Shown: in pieces, positions 17,908 through 27,701 of the stretch
Layout of the letters: the number at the start of each line of letters is the position of its first letter
How positions within the stretch are numbered: the stretch's first letter is position 1
NCBI GenBank assembly: GCA_003009755.1
Contig: PXUB01000038.1
Span: 32,001 to 96,000 of the forward strand
Length of the DNA: 64,000 nt
From: Thermoplasmatales archaeon SW_10_69_26
GTDB taxonomy: Archaea > Thermoplasmatota > SW-10-69-26
Direction: 5' to 3'
The notes under the pieces: model-generated
What the model was told of the DNA's origin: nothing
Databases searched by the model: none
The model's input: only the letters and a program-made list of their open reading frames with translations
Translations under genes and position numbers: made by a program

Positions 17908-20346
17908 CTATGGCGGCCAGGCGTACTCGTCGCTGGTCGTCGTGGCCCCGTCGGCGTTCGTGGCGCGGAACTCGACGGTCACGTCCTCGCCGACGTGCGT
18001 GTTGCGGGCCCACGAGCCCCAGTCGGTGCGCTCGAGCGAGAACCAGTCGCCACCGTCGACGCGGGCGCTGACGCTGGCGATCGCGTCCTCGCTGTCGACT
18101 CCGACCTCGATCCACCACTCGTTGCCGCGCGGCTCCACGAACGTGGCCGCGAAGCCGGAGCCGCTGGAGCCGTCCGGGCACGTCGTGGCCGATGGATCCT
18201 CGCCCCAGGCGTAGCAGCCCGACGTCGCGTGGGCCTGCGAGCCCGAGTGCGCCCGGAACTCGACGACCGTCCCCTCGGGCGCATGCTCGCTGGTGGCCCA
18301 CGAGCCGTAGTCCTGCTGGCTCATCCCGAGCCAGCTGCCGCCGTCCAGGCGCACCTCGACGGCGTCGATCGACCGCTCGCTGGTCACGTCGACCTCGATC
18401 CACCACTCGTTGCCGCGCGCGTTCTCGAAGCTGGCGTCGAACCCGTCCGTCGATCCGCCGGACGAGCTGTCGGGGCAGCTCGTGGGCGAGGGGTCCTCGC
18501 CCCATGCATAGCAGTCTGACAAGGCGCGGTCACCGTCGCCGTTGCGGGCCTGCAGTTGAACGATCGCGCCCTCGGGGGCGTGCTCGTCGGTGGCCCACGA
18601 GCCCCAGTCCTGCTTGTCGAGGCTGAACCAGTCGCCGCCGTCGACGCGGGCGCTGACGCTGGCGATCGACTCCGAGCTTGCGACGTCGGTCTCGATCCAC
18701 CACTCGTTGCCGCGCACGTTCTCGAACGTCGCCGAGAACTCACCGCTGCTCGCCTCATCGCCAGAACCGCCGTCGTCGCCGCTCCCGTCGCCGGCCTCGC
18801 CGCTCGGCGAGCGGGCCCGTTCCTCGTCGGCGTTGCGCAGGTGGTTGTTCGGGTAGACCGCCTCGGCCGGGGACGGCGTGTCGTAAACCTGCAGGGCGCC
18901 CTCGCGGCACCCGACGTCGCGGTCCTTGCTGCAGTGGTCGCTGTCGCGGTGGATCGGCAGGACGATCTCCTGGCCGCCGTCGCCGTTCAGGTCGGCCAGC
19001 GTGGGGCCCTTGGAGACGACCCAGCCGCTGGGCGACGACACGAAGCCGCGCTTGATGCCATCCTGGTCGTAGATGCCGATCCCGTCGCTGCCGTCGACCT
19101 CGTTGGCGAGGATGTCGTGGGTCCCGTCACCGGTCACGTCGCCGACCGCGATGTTCTTGTTCGACCAGTAGTTGGGCTGCTCGGTCCGCCACAGCAGGTC
19201 GCCGGTCGGGCCGTCGACGGCGAAGAGGTTCGAGGGGCCGGTGTGCTGCCACTCGCCGGGCTTGTGCCCGACGGTGTTCCAGTCCTGGAAGACGACGTCA
19301 AGCTGGCCGTCGCCGTCGATGTCGATCGGGACCGGGCGCATGTGGACGTGCGGGTTGCTCCACGACCAGGTCTTCTGCCAGGCGACGTTGCAGTCGGCGT
19401 CAACGGCGAAGTAGTGGGCTTGGGCATCGTCCTCCCACCCCTCGTAGGGGGCGTCCTCGGGCACGTTGCGGACCCCGAAGACGGCCTCCAGGCGTCCGTC
19501 GCCGGTGACGTCGGCCAGCGTGGGAGAGACGCTGATGCTGCCGGGCCATACGCCGTGGTTCTGGGCGTAGAACTGGCAACGCCAGCCCATCGAGGCGGCG
19601 TCGTAGATCGTGATCCGCCCGCCGTCGCTGGGGAACACGGCCTCCTGGGCCCCGTCGCCGGTCACGTCGGCGACGAGCGGTCCGCCGTTCCCGTCGGAAT
19701 GGTCGTTCCAGTCGTCGACGCTCCCGTCGGGGGCGAGCTTGAAGACCGACGGCTGGTCGTCGAGCTGGGCGTAGGTGGCATCGTGGCCGTCGCCGCCGGC
19801 ATCCGCCAGGAACGGGGGAGCGTCGGTGGCGGGCGTCTCCCAATCGCGGTTGGGGTCCTGCTGCTCGGGATCCATCCGGGTCTCCCACAGCCGCGTGAAC
19901 TCGAGCTGGCGCTGGTCGTCGGTCGGGCGGGCCTCGAAGGCGGTGACCCACGCGGCGCTGTTGGCGAGCACGATGTCGGTCACGCCGTTGCCGTCCGTGT
20001 CACCGATCGCGGGTCCGCCGAGCTCGCGCGGCGTCCAGCCGTCGGGGTGGTTGGTCGACAGCTCGGTGATCAAGCCGCCATCGGCGCCGTCGAAGACGTA
20101 GGCGTGGTTGTTGTCGTTGTGCGTGACGATCTCCTTGTCCCCGTCACCGTCGAGGTCCACGGCGGCGATCGTGACCGCGTCGAAGGCCTCGTAGGGCGTG
20201 GGCGGGTCCGTCGTCGCCATGCTGATCCGGTGGTCGGGCTCGATGCCGAGATCCGAGTCGGCGCTGGCCGCAGCCGCGAGGCAGAGCACGCTCGCCCCGG
20301 CGAGCACGATCGCGGCGAGGACCCACCGTCGACCGGGCCGGGTCAC
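17908..20346 (-). CDS. Secreted FG-GAP/VCBS beta-propeller protein with three C-terminal Trp-rich repeats
   Basis: Signal peptide; repeated DxxGDGxxD/E motifs; three copies of RGNEWWIE...DGGxW...WGSWA (YGSWA in one). Confidence 0.8.
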   Translation of the reverse strand: MTRPGRRWVLAAIVLAGASVLCLAAAASADSDLGIEPDHRISMATTDPPTPYEAFDAVTIAAVDLDGDGDKEIVTHNDNNHAYVFDGADGGLITELSTNHPDGWTPRELGGPAIGDTDGNGVTDIVLANSAAWVTAFEARPTDDQRQLEFTRLWETRMDPEQQDPNRDWETPATDAPPFLADAGGDGHDATYAQLDDQPSVFKLAPDGSVDDWNDHSDGNGGPLVADVTGDGAQEAVFPSDGGRITIYDAASMGWRCQFYAQNHGVWPGSISVSPTLADVTGDGRLEAVFGVRNVPEDAPYEGWEDDAQAHYFAVDADCNVAWQKTWSWSNPHVHMRPVPIDIDGDGQLDVVFQDWNTVGHKPGEWQHTGPSNLFAVDGPTGDLLWRTEQPNYWSNKNIAVGDVTGDGTHDILANEVDGSDGIGIYDQDGIKRGFVSSPSGWVVSKGPTLADLNGDGGQEIVLPIHRDSDHCSKDRDVGCREGALQVYDTPSPAEAVYPNNHLRNADEERARSPSGEAGDGSGDDGGSGDEASSGEFSATFENVRGNEWWIETDVASSESIASVSARVDGGDWFSLDKQDWGSWATDEHAPEGAIVQLQARNGDGDRALSDCYAWGEDPSPTSCPDSSSGGSTDGFDASFENARGNEWWIEVDVTSERSIDAVEVRLDGGSWLGMSQQDYGSWATSEHAPEGTVVEFRAHSGSQAHATSGCYAWGEDPSATTCPDGSSGSGFAATFVEPRGNEWWIEVGVDSEDAIASVSARVDGGDWFSLERTDWGSWARNTHVGEDVTVEFRATNADGATTTSDEYAWPP

Positions 20347-21380
20347 TGGCCGCCACCTCCCGAGGTGCGTTCGAAGGTCCACTCGTACGTCGAGCCGTGC
20401 TGGACGCGGATCGCGGTCAGGCTGGCCGTCTCCGGTTCGTCGTCGACGGCGAGCGTCCACCGCCAGGCGCCGCCCTGCGTGGAGTGGGCTGTGACGCCAT
20501 CGACGGTGTTCAGGCGGAACCCGGTGTCGTCGTGCTCGCGAGCGATGTGATCGGTGCCGGTCTCGTTGGACCAGTCGGAGACGAGATCGTGGAGGATGTA
20601 GGCGTCCGGGCGCCCAGTGTCGGCCTCCTCGTAGCGATGCAGCGTCGGCCGGGCGTCCGGGTCGTAGCCGACGACGTGCTCGGTGCGCTGGGGATCCTCG
20701 TTGCGGAACCCGTTGTAGTCGACGATCACCGTCGCCTGATCGGTGTCCGACCCGCCGGAGGGCCCGTCCCGTGAGGCGTTCTCGCGGGTCGTCGGCTCCT
20801 CGTCGCCGCCGTCGGCGGTCCGCCGTTCGCGTTCCCCGTCACTGCCGGCCTCGTCGGTGGCCGCCTCCGCCATCCGCCACTCGTAGGTCGCGTCCTCCTC
20901 GACGGTGATCGTGTTGAGGCTGGCGGTCTCCTCCTCGTCGTCGACGTAGAGGGTCCACCGCTCGGGCGAGGGCTCCGCGGGGATCCCCTGCACCGAGCCC
21001 AGCCGGTACCCGAGCTCCTCCTCGTGGGTGACCTGGAGAGCGGTTTCGGTCTGCTCGCGGAGATCGGCCAGCAGATCGTGCGCGGTGTAGGCGTCGGGCC
21101 CGGTGGCGTTGGTGGCGTTCAGCGTATCCTCGGCCGGACGCTCGTCGGGGTCGTAGGTGACCGTCTGCTCCCACACCTGGGGGGCCTCCTCGCGGGCTCC
21201 GCCGAAGTCGAACACGACGGTCGCCTCCGAGGTGTCGCCCGCTTGGGTCTGAGAGGAGGGTTCCGAGGTCGTGCACCCGGTCAACGCCAAGGTCAGGCCC
21301 AGGCCCACGAGGACGAGCAGGCGGGCTCGGCTACCGTCCTCGTTCGAGGGACAAGAAGGGTCTGCAGGCAGGTGGCTCAT
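20343..21380 (-). CDS. Lipoprotein with two DUF4430-like (transcobalamin C-terminal-like) domains
   Basis: Lipobox ALTGC; two copies of GxRLxxVxG...WTLxVDD..TASL..I.V....YEW. Confidence 0.65.
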   Translation of the reverse strand: MSHLPADPSCPSNEDGSRARLLVLVGLGLTLALTGCTTSEPSSQTQAGDTSEATVVFDFGGAREEAPQVWEQTVTYDPDERPAEDTLNATNATGPDAYTAHDLLADLREQTETALQVTHEEELGYRLGSVQGIPAEPSPERWTLYVDDEEETASLNTITVEEDATYEWRMAEAATDEAGSDGERERRTADGGDEEPTTRENASRDGPSGGSDTDQATVIVDYNGFRNEDPQRTEHVVGYDPDARPTLHRYEEADTGRPDAYILHDLVSDWSNETGTDHIAREHDDTGFRLNTVDGVTAHSTQGGAWRWTLAVDDEPETASLTAIRVQHGSTYEWTFERTSGGGGQ

Positions 21381-21467
21381 CGGGGCCGAGCATGCTCTGC
21401 GACCCGAAAAACCCGCCTCGTGGCCGAGATGTACGGCCGGACTCAGCCTAGGGCTCGCCGGGGACGG

Positions 21468-22034
21468 TCAGGGTTCCTTGGCGACCTTCACGCGAGCTGC
21501 GCGCACCAACCGGTCCCCGATCGCGTACCCGGGCTGCAACAGCTCGATCACGTGATCGGGCTCGTGCTCGTCGGTGGTCTCCGTCAACAGCGCCTCGTGG
21601 CGCTCGGGGTCGAAGCGCTGCCCGGGCTCGGGCTCGACGCGCTCGGCGTCGAGGCTGTCCAGCTTGTCCTCGACGCGTTTGACGACGAGCTCCAAGCCCT
21701 TGCGCACGTTCTCGTCCGGGTCGGCCTCCAGGGCGCGATCGACGTCGTCGAGCACGCCGGCCAGCACCTCGACCAAGCCCGTGCGGGCCTCCCGTCGGGC
21801 CTCGTCTTTCTCTTGCTCGACGCGCTTGCGGTAGTTCTCGTAGTCGGCCTGGACCTTGGCCAGCGCGTTCGTGCGCTCCTCGAGCTCGGCCTCGAGACGC
21901 TCGCGTTCGGCCTCGAGGTCCTCGACCTGGCCCTCCAGCTCGTCCACCGCGGCCGCGAGCCGTTCGGATCGCTCGCTGGGCGGGGCCGTCGACTCGCGGT
22001 TCGGCGCGGGATCGGCGGAGCCCTCGGGAGCCAT
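21468..22034 (-). CDS. grpE: Nucleotide exchange factor GrpE
   Basis: ADYENYRKR, FDPERHEA, QPGY...LVRAARVKV. Confidence 0.93.
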   Translation of the reverse strand: MAPEGSADPAPNRESTAPPSERSERLAAAVDELEGQVEDLEAERERLEAELEERTNALAKVQADYENYRKRVEQEKDEARREARTGLVEVLAGVLDDVDRALEADPDENVRKGLELVVKRVEDKLDSLDAERVEPEPGQRFDPERHEALLTETTDEHEPDHVIELLQPGYAIGDRLVRAARVKVAKEP

Positions 22035-22152
22035 CAGCCGCGCTTAGGCCTCTCCTGGGTTGAAGGTTACGGAGGAGACGCCCAGGGTCCAGCCCCGGGA
22101 TCTCCCTGGCCCAGGAGGAGGCTGGAGGGTCGGGGCCGGACGGGCTCCGAGG

Positions 22153-22485
22153 CTACTCGTTTCCGCGGGTGCGGATCCCGCCCTCGGTGTCGAGGACCTT
22201 CGTCTCGAAGGTCTCGCACTCGGCGCACTTGTAGCCCTCGAGGACCGAGGGTTCCCCGTCGACCTCGGCCACGCGGTTGGCCTTGTGCCAGGCCGTGGTC
22301 GCGCCGCACGTGTCGCACACGGCGGAGAACTCCGGCTCGAACACGCGCAGGTAATCGCCGTGCCCGCCTTGACGGTATCGCTTCTCGGCGAGGCCCAGCC
22401 GGCCTCTCCCGCGCTGGACGAGGCCGAGCGTGGCAAGCCCAGTGACCGAGGGGTCGGACCGAGGTCGGATGGCTGCGACCACCAC
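22153..22485 (-). CDS. Small Zn-ribbon protein (start uncertain)
   Basis: CDTC...CAEC pairs, native codon usage in the 3' part. Confidence 0.55.
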   Translation of the reverse strand: MVVAAIRPRSDPSVTGLATLGLVQRGRGRLGLAEKRYRQGGHGDYLRVFEPEFSAVCDTCGATTAWHKANRVAEVDGEPSVLEGYKCAECETFETKVLDTEGGIRTRGNE

Positions 22486-22549
22486 CCGATCCGAGGGAGC
22501 CGAGGGACCGAGCTTAACGCTTTTCTACCCGGGGCCACCTCGCTCGGTT

Positions 22550-23479
22550 GTGGCAGCTCCAGCTGAGGGTCGTCGACTCCCCGACTGGCTGAAGGTTCGC
22601 CCGCCGGGAGGCGAGGAGTACAAGCGCATCAAGGAGATGCGGACCGAGCGCGAGCTCGCGACGGTCTGCGAGGAAGCCCAATGCCCCAACGTCGGCGAGT
22701 GCTGGGGTGGCGGAACGGCGACGTTCATGGTCATGGGCGACACCTGCACGCGCGGTTGTCGCTTCTGCGCCGTGGAGACCGAGCAGGACGGCCAAGCGCT
22801 CGATCCGATGGAGCCGGCCAAGCTGGCCCGCTCCGTCGACGAGATGGATCTCGCGTACGTCGTCGTGACCAGCGTCGACCGCGACGACCTTCCCGACCAG
22901 GGAGCCAGCCACGTCGCCACCTGCATCGACACGCTGCACAAGGAGTGCCCGGAGACGAAGGTCGAGTTCCTCATCCCCGACTTCCAGGGCGAGGAGGACC
23001 TGATCAGCCTCGTCTGCGACGCCCAGCCGCACGTGCTCGCCCACAACATCGAGACCGTGCGCCGCCTGACGCCGGAGGTCCGCGACGACCGCGCCGGCTA
23101 CGACCAGTCGCTGGAGGTGCTGCGGTTCGCCAGCGAGTACGCCGAGAAGGCGCTCGACGGCCCGATGTACACGAAGTCCAGCATCATGGTCGGGCTCGGC
23201 GAGACCGAGGACGAGGTGCGCCAGGCGATGGACGACCTGCGCGCGGCCGGCGTCGACTTCCTGACGATCGGTCAGTACCTGCGCCCGTCCGAATCCCACA
23301 TCGAGGTCGACGACTTCGTGCCCCCCGATCTCTTCGACAAGTACGAGGAGATCGGCGAGGAGAAGGGCTTCAAGTACGTCGCCTCGGGCCCGCTCGTCCG
23401 GTCCTCCTACCGCGCCGGCGAGTACTACATCTCGAACGTGATCGAGTCCGGCGACACCCCCGACCTGCCGCAGCCGTGA
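22550..23479 (+). CDS. lipA: Lipoyl synthase
   Basis: CEEAQCPNVGECW and CTRGCRFC, RSSY. Confidence 0.96.
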   Translation: MAAPAEGRRLPDWLKVRPPGGEEYKRIKEMRTERELATVCEEAQCPNVGECWGGGTATFMVMGDTCTRGCRFCAVETEQDGQALDPMEPAKLARSVDEMDLAYVVVTSVDRDDLPDQGASHVATCIDTLHKECPETKVEFLIPDFQGEEDLISLVCDAQPHVLAHNIETVRRLTPEVRDDRAGYDQSLEVLRFASEYAEKALDGPMYTKSSIMVGLGETEDEVRQAMDDLRAAGVDFLTIGQYLRPSESHIEVDDFVPPDLFDKYEEIGEEKGFKYVASGPLVRSSYRAGEYYISNVIESGDTPDLPQP

Positions 23480-23488
23480 GGTGATCGG

Positions 23489-24577
23489 ATGCCCCAACTC
23501 GACCAAGCCAAAGCGATCATGGACGACGACGGAGGGGTCCAGCGCGAGGTCAAGGTCCCCGACCTCTCCGAGGACACCATGCGCGACATGTACGAGGCGA
23601 TGGTGACCACGCGCCTCATGAACGAACGCGGCATGAAGCTGCAGCGGCAGGGCCGCATCAACTTCTACGTCGGTTCCGAAGGCCAGGAGGCCGCCCACGT
23701 CGGGTTCGGCGCCGCCTTCGAGGATCAGGACTGGTACTTCCCCCACTACCGCGATCCCGGCGTCGCGCTGTACCGGGGCGCCTCGATCGAGGAGATGGTC
23801 CACCAGTGCTACGGCACCGGCGAGGATCGGATGCAGGGGCGCCAGATGCCGAACCACTACAGCTTCGAAGAGCTCAACTTCTACTCCATCAGCTCCCCCG
23901 TCGCCACGCAGATCCCCCACGCGGTCGGCGCCGCCTACGCCGCCGATCTCGAGGGCGACGACGTCGTCACGGGCGTCAGCTTCGGCGACGGCTGCACCAG
24001 CGAGGGGGACTTCCACGTCGGCATGAACTTCGCGGGCGTCTGGGACACGCCGACCGTGTTCCTGTGCGAGAACAACCAGTGGGCGATCTCGGTCCCCAAC
24101 GAGAAGCAGACCGGCTCGGAGACGTTCGCCCAGAAGGCCGACGCCTACGGCTTCGAGGGCCGCCGCGTCGACGGCAACGACGTGCTGGCCATGTACGCCG
24201 AGGCCAAACGCGCCGTCGAGAGCGCCCGCGAGGGCGAGGGCCCGACGCTGATCGAAGCCCTCACCTACCGCATGGGACCGCACAGCTCCTCGGACGATCC
24301 CGACCGCTACGTTCCCCAGGAGGAGATCGAGGCCTGGGCCGGGCGCGACCCGATCGACCGCTTCCGCACGTTCCTGATCGAGCAAGGCGTGATCACGGAG
24401 ACCGAGGACGAGCAGATGCACGAACGCATCACGGACGAGATCGAGGCGGGCGTCCAGTCGGCCGAGGACGCCGAGGGGCCCACGATCCAATCGATGGTCG
24501 AGGACGTCTACGACGAGGTGCCCTGGCACCTCCAAGAACAGGCAGACGACCTCAAGCGCTTCTACGAGGAGGACTGA
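23489..24577 (+). CDS. pdhA: 2-oxoacid dehydrogenase E1 alpha
   Basis: LQRQGR, GDG...NN TPP motif, HSSSDDP. Confidence 0.92.
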   Translation: MPQLDQAKAIMDDDGGVQREVKVPDLSEDTMRDMYEAMVTTRLMNERGMKLQRQGRINFYVGSEGQEAAHVGFGAAFEDQDWYFPHYRDPGVALYRGASIEEMVHQCYGTGEDRMQGRQMPNHYSFEELNFYSISSPVATQIPHAVGAAYAADLEGDDVVTGVSFGDGCTSEGDFHVGMNFAGVWDTPTVFLCENNQWAISVPNEKQTGSETFAQKADAYGFEGRRVDGNDVLAMYAEAKRAVESAREGEGPTLIEALTYRMGPHSSSDDPDRYVPQEEIEAWAGRDPIDRFRTFLIEQGVITETEDEQMHERITDEIEAGVQSAEDAEGPTIQSMVEDVYDEVPWHLQEQADDLKRFYEED

Positions 24578-24580
24578 CAC

Positions 24581-25555
24581 ATGCCGGAGATGACGCTGGT
24601 CGACTCGGTGAACGATGCCCTGCACACGGCGATGGACGAGGACGACCGCGTCGTCGTCATGGGCGAGGACGTCGGCGTGAACGGCGGCGTGTTCCGCGCC
24701 ACCGAAGGCCTGCACGACAGCTACGGCGAGGAGCGCGTGATCGACACGCCGCTGGCCGAGGCCGGCATCGTCGGTACCGCGCTCGGCATGGCCATGTACG
24801 GCCTGCGCCCGGTGCCCGAGATCCAGTTCATGGATTTCATCTACCCCGGGTTCGACCAGATCGTCAACGAGATCGCCAAGCTCCGCTACCGGTCCGGCGA
24901 TCAGTACGAGGCGCCCATGGTCATCCGCACGCCCTACGGCGGCGGGATCCGGGGTGGCCACTACCACAGCCAGTCCAGCGAGGCCTACTTCACGCACACG
25001 CCCGGCCTCAAGATCGTCGTCCCCAGCACGCCCCAGGACACGAAGGGCCTGCTGTTGAGCGCGATCGAGGACCCCGACCCGGTCATGTTCCTCGAGCCCA
25101 AGCGCGTCTACCGCGCCGTCAGCGACGACGTCCCCGAGGGCCACTACACCGAACCGATCGGCGAAGCCCGCCTCGCCCGCGAGGGCGAGGACGTGACCCT
25201 GATCGCGTACGGCGCGATGCACCACGTCGCCATGGAGGCGGCCGAACGAGCCGCCGACGAGGGCGTCAGCTGCGAGGTCGTCGACCTGCGCACCCTGGTG
25301 CCCTTCGACCGTGAGACGCTCGAGGAATCCGTCACGAAGACCGGCCGCGCCGTCATCGTCCAGGAAGCCCCCCGCACGGCCGGGTTCGCCGCCGAGCTGT
25401 CCGCGTTCCTGCACGAGGAGTGCATCCTGCACATGATCGCACCCGTCCAACGCGTCACAGGCCTGGACACCCCGTTCCCGTACACGCTGGAGGAGGAGTA
25501 CCTCCCCACACCCACGCGCGTCCTGGATGCGATCGACGAGACCCTGACCTATTGA
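24581..25555 (+). CDS. pdhB: 2-oxoacid dehydrogenase E1 beta
   Basis: GEDVG..GGVFRAT, DTPLAE, EIQF, HSQS. Confidence 0.93.
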   Translation: MPEMTLVDSVNDALHTAMDEDDRVVVMGEDVGVNGGVFRATEGLHDSYGEERVIDTPLAEAGIVGTALGMAMYGLRPVPEIQFMDFIYPGFDQIVNEIAKLRYRSGDQYEAPMVIRTPYGGGIRGGHYHSQSSEAYFTHTPGLKIVVPSTPQDTKGLLLSAIEDPDPVMFLEPKRVYRAVSDDVPEGHYTEPIGEARLAREGEDVTLIAYGAMHHVAMEAAERAADEGVSCEVVDLRTLVPFDRETLEESVTKTGRAVIVQEAPRTAGFAAELSAFLHEECILHMIAPVQRVTGLDTPFPYTLEEEYLPTPTRVLDAIDETLTY

Positions 25556-25566
25556 GGTGACACACG

Positions 25567-26901
25567 TTGACCGAGGACTTCCACTTCGAGCTTCCCGACG
25601 TCGGTGAAGGCGTTCACGAGGGCGAGATCGTCAACTGGCTCGTCAGCGAGGGCGATCAGGTCGACGAAGACCAGGACATCGTCGAGGTCATGACCGACAA
25701 GGCGACCGTCCAGATCTCCGCTCCCGTCGCCGGCACGATCAAGGAGCTGCGTTACGACGAGGGCACCGTCGTCGACGTCGGCGACGTCTTCGTCGTCATC
25801 GGTCCCGAGGGCGCGGTCGAGACCGACGAGGAGGAGACCGCCGACACCGGCGGTGAAGACGGCGCCCCCGAGGCCGAGGCCGGCGAGACCGAGGCCGAGG
25901 AGGACGAGGACGAGGACAAGACCCTCTTCGAGCTGCCCGAGGGGCCCGGCGGCTCCGAGGACGAGCGCCGGCCCGCGCGTCAGCGCGAGTCCACGCCGTC
26001 GAGGTCGGGTGAGGTCCTCGCGATGCCGCGCGTTCGCCACGCCGCCAAGGACCGCGGCGTCGACCTGGCCAGCGTGCAAGCCACCGGCTCCCAGGGCCAC
26101 GTCACCCTGCAGGATCTCGAGGCCTACCTCGAGGGCGAGGCCGGCGGCTTCGAGCTCGAGCACTTCGACTTCGACCTGCCCTCCGTCGACCGTGACCAGG
26201 CGCGCGAGGTCGAGCCGCTCAAGGGCCTGCGCAAGCGCATCGCGGAGAACATGACGCGCGCGAAGACCCTGCAGCCGCACTTCACCTACGTCGACGAGCT
26301 CCGCGCCGACGAGCTCGTCTCCACGCGCAACGAGCTCAAGCAGCTCGGCGAGAAGCGCGACGTCAACGTCACCTACCTGCCCCTGCTCGTCAAGGCCGTC
26401 GTCCGCGCCCTCCGCGAGCACCCGCGCTGCAACGCGCTCATCGACGAGGAAGACCAACAGCTGGTGATCAAGCAGCCGATCAACGTCGGCATCGCCGTCG
26501 CCACCGACCGCGGCCTCGTCGTCCCCGTCGTCAAGAACGCCGACGAGAAGACCCTGCTCGAGATCGCCTCGGAGATCGAGACGCTCGCCCAGAAAGCCCA
26601 CGAGAACCGTCTCTCGATGGACGACCTCACCGGCGGCACGTTCACGATCACCAGCCTCGGCGCCGTCGGCGGCATGCTGGCGACCCCGATCCTGTTCCAT
26701 CCCCAGGTTGCCATCATGGGCGTCCACGCCATCCGCGATGAACCCGTCGTCGAGGACGGCGAGGTCGTGCCCGGCAAGAAGATGAACCTCTCGTTCACCT
26801 TCGACCACCGCATCGTCGACGGCTACGACGGTGCCCTGTTCGCCCAGGACGTCAAGAAGTACCTCGAGGACCCGAACCTGTTGCTGCTCGAGGGCCGCTG
26901 A
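25567..26901 (+). CDS. pdhC: Dihydrolipoamide acyltransferase E2
   Basis: Lipoyl domain MTDKA, E3-binding domain, FDHRIVDG. Confidence 0.93.
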   Translation: MTEDFHFELPDVGEGVHEGEIVNWLVSEGDQVDEDQDIVEVMTDKATVQISAPVAGTIKELRYDEGTVVDVGDVFVVIGPEGAVETDEEETADTGGEDGAPEAEAGETEAEEDEDEDKTLFELPEGPGGSEDERRPARQRESTPSRSGEVLAMPRVRHAAKDRGVDLASVQATGSQGHVTLQDLEAYLEGEAGGFELEHFDFDLPSVDRDQAREVEPLKGLRKRIAENMTRAKTLQPHFTYVDELRADELVSTRNELKQLGEKRDVNVTYLPLLVKAVVRALREHPRCNALIDEEDQQLVIKQPINVGIAVATDRGLVVPVVKNADEKTLLEIASEIETLAQKAHENRLSMDDLTGGTFTITSLGAVGGMLATPILFHPQVAIMGVHAIRDEPVVEDGEVVPGKKMNLSFTFDHRIVDGYDGALFAQDVKKYLEDPNLLLLEGR

Positions 26902-26962
26902 CGTCGCCCGGGCCCCGGCCAGCCGCCGCCGGCACCCGTCAAGCCTTTGAGACGGGTGCGGG

Positions 26963-27532
26963 TTGGCCCTCGCGATGCTGGAGACCCCCGTCCTGGCGTT
27001 GACGATGGGCACGTGGACGATGCTCGGCCTGCTGGGCGTGTTCGCGCTCGTCGGGCTCGTCGCCTTGACGAGCAAGGGCCACGACCCGGCGGCAAGCCAC
27101 GGCGAGCGTCGCCGCTACGTCTTCGGGCTCGGCAAGTACCCGCGCCTGCACGCTCTCCCCGAGCTGCGTGATCTGCCCGCCACCGTCGAACCGCTCGGCC
27201 CCGAGGGCCTCCGCAAGCTCGGCAAGAAGGCCGATGCCACGACCGGGCTCACCACGACCAAGTACCGCATCCCCGAGGGTCGACGTCCCTGGCAGCTGTC
27301 CGCCGACATCCCGGATACGGTCGAGGCGATCGAGATCGAGCGCGAGGGCGGCCGGCTTTGGTTCACCGCCGACGGCCACCTCACCGCCGAGCCGCCGCTC
27401 ACCGAGGACGAGCTCGACACGGTCGGCGATCTCCTCTACGACGTCGAGGACCGCCCCGATCTCCGCGCCGACCGACGAACGTGGGCCCACAGCGTCGAGA
27501 GCCCCGAGAAGATCAACGCGAAGCGCGTGTGA
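26963..27532 (+). CDS. Hypothetical membrane-anchored protein
   Basis: N-terminal TM helix, native codon usage. Confidence 0.55.
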   Translation: MALAMLETPVLALTMGTWTMLGLLGVFALVGLVALTSKGHDPAASHGERRRYVFGLGKYPRLHALPELRDLPATVEPLGPEGLRKLGKKADATTGLTTTKYRIPEGRRPWQLSADIPDTVEAIEIEREGGRLWFTADGHLTAEPPLTEDELDTVGDLLYDVEDRPDLRADRRTWAHSVESPEKINAKRV

Positions 27533-27701
27533 GGCCCGACTTTCGCTGGGGCTGGGCGGCCCCTCCCGCGCTTGGTCTCCCTGCTTTCCCTCCAGCCTTA
27601 GAATCGTCGGTCCTCGGGCTTGACTGGTGAGCCCGGCCTCCTCCTCCGGCGCAGGGGTCCGTGTCCCGTGGACGGCCCGTTCCAGCACCTGAGTTCACGC
27701 G

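Noticed and set aside
22514-25450. Very long antisense or alternate-frame ORFs (e.g. 978 aa here, 1044 aa at 49188-52322, 721 aa at 13588-15753)
   Set aside because: Shadow ORFs expected from high GC3 codon bias opposite or overlapping well-supported genes; Arg/Pro/Gly-rich with no motifs (only the 3' end of 13588-15753 is the real AK6 gene)
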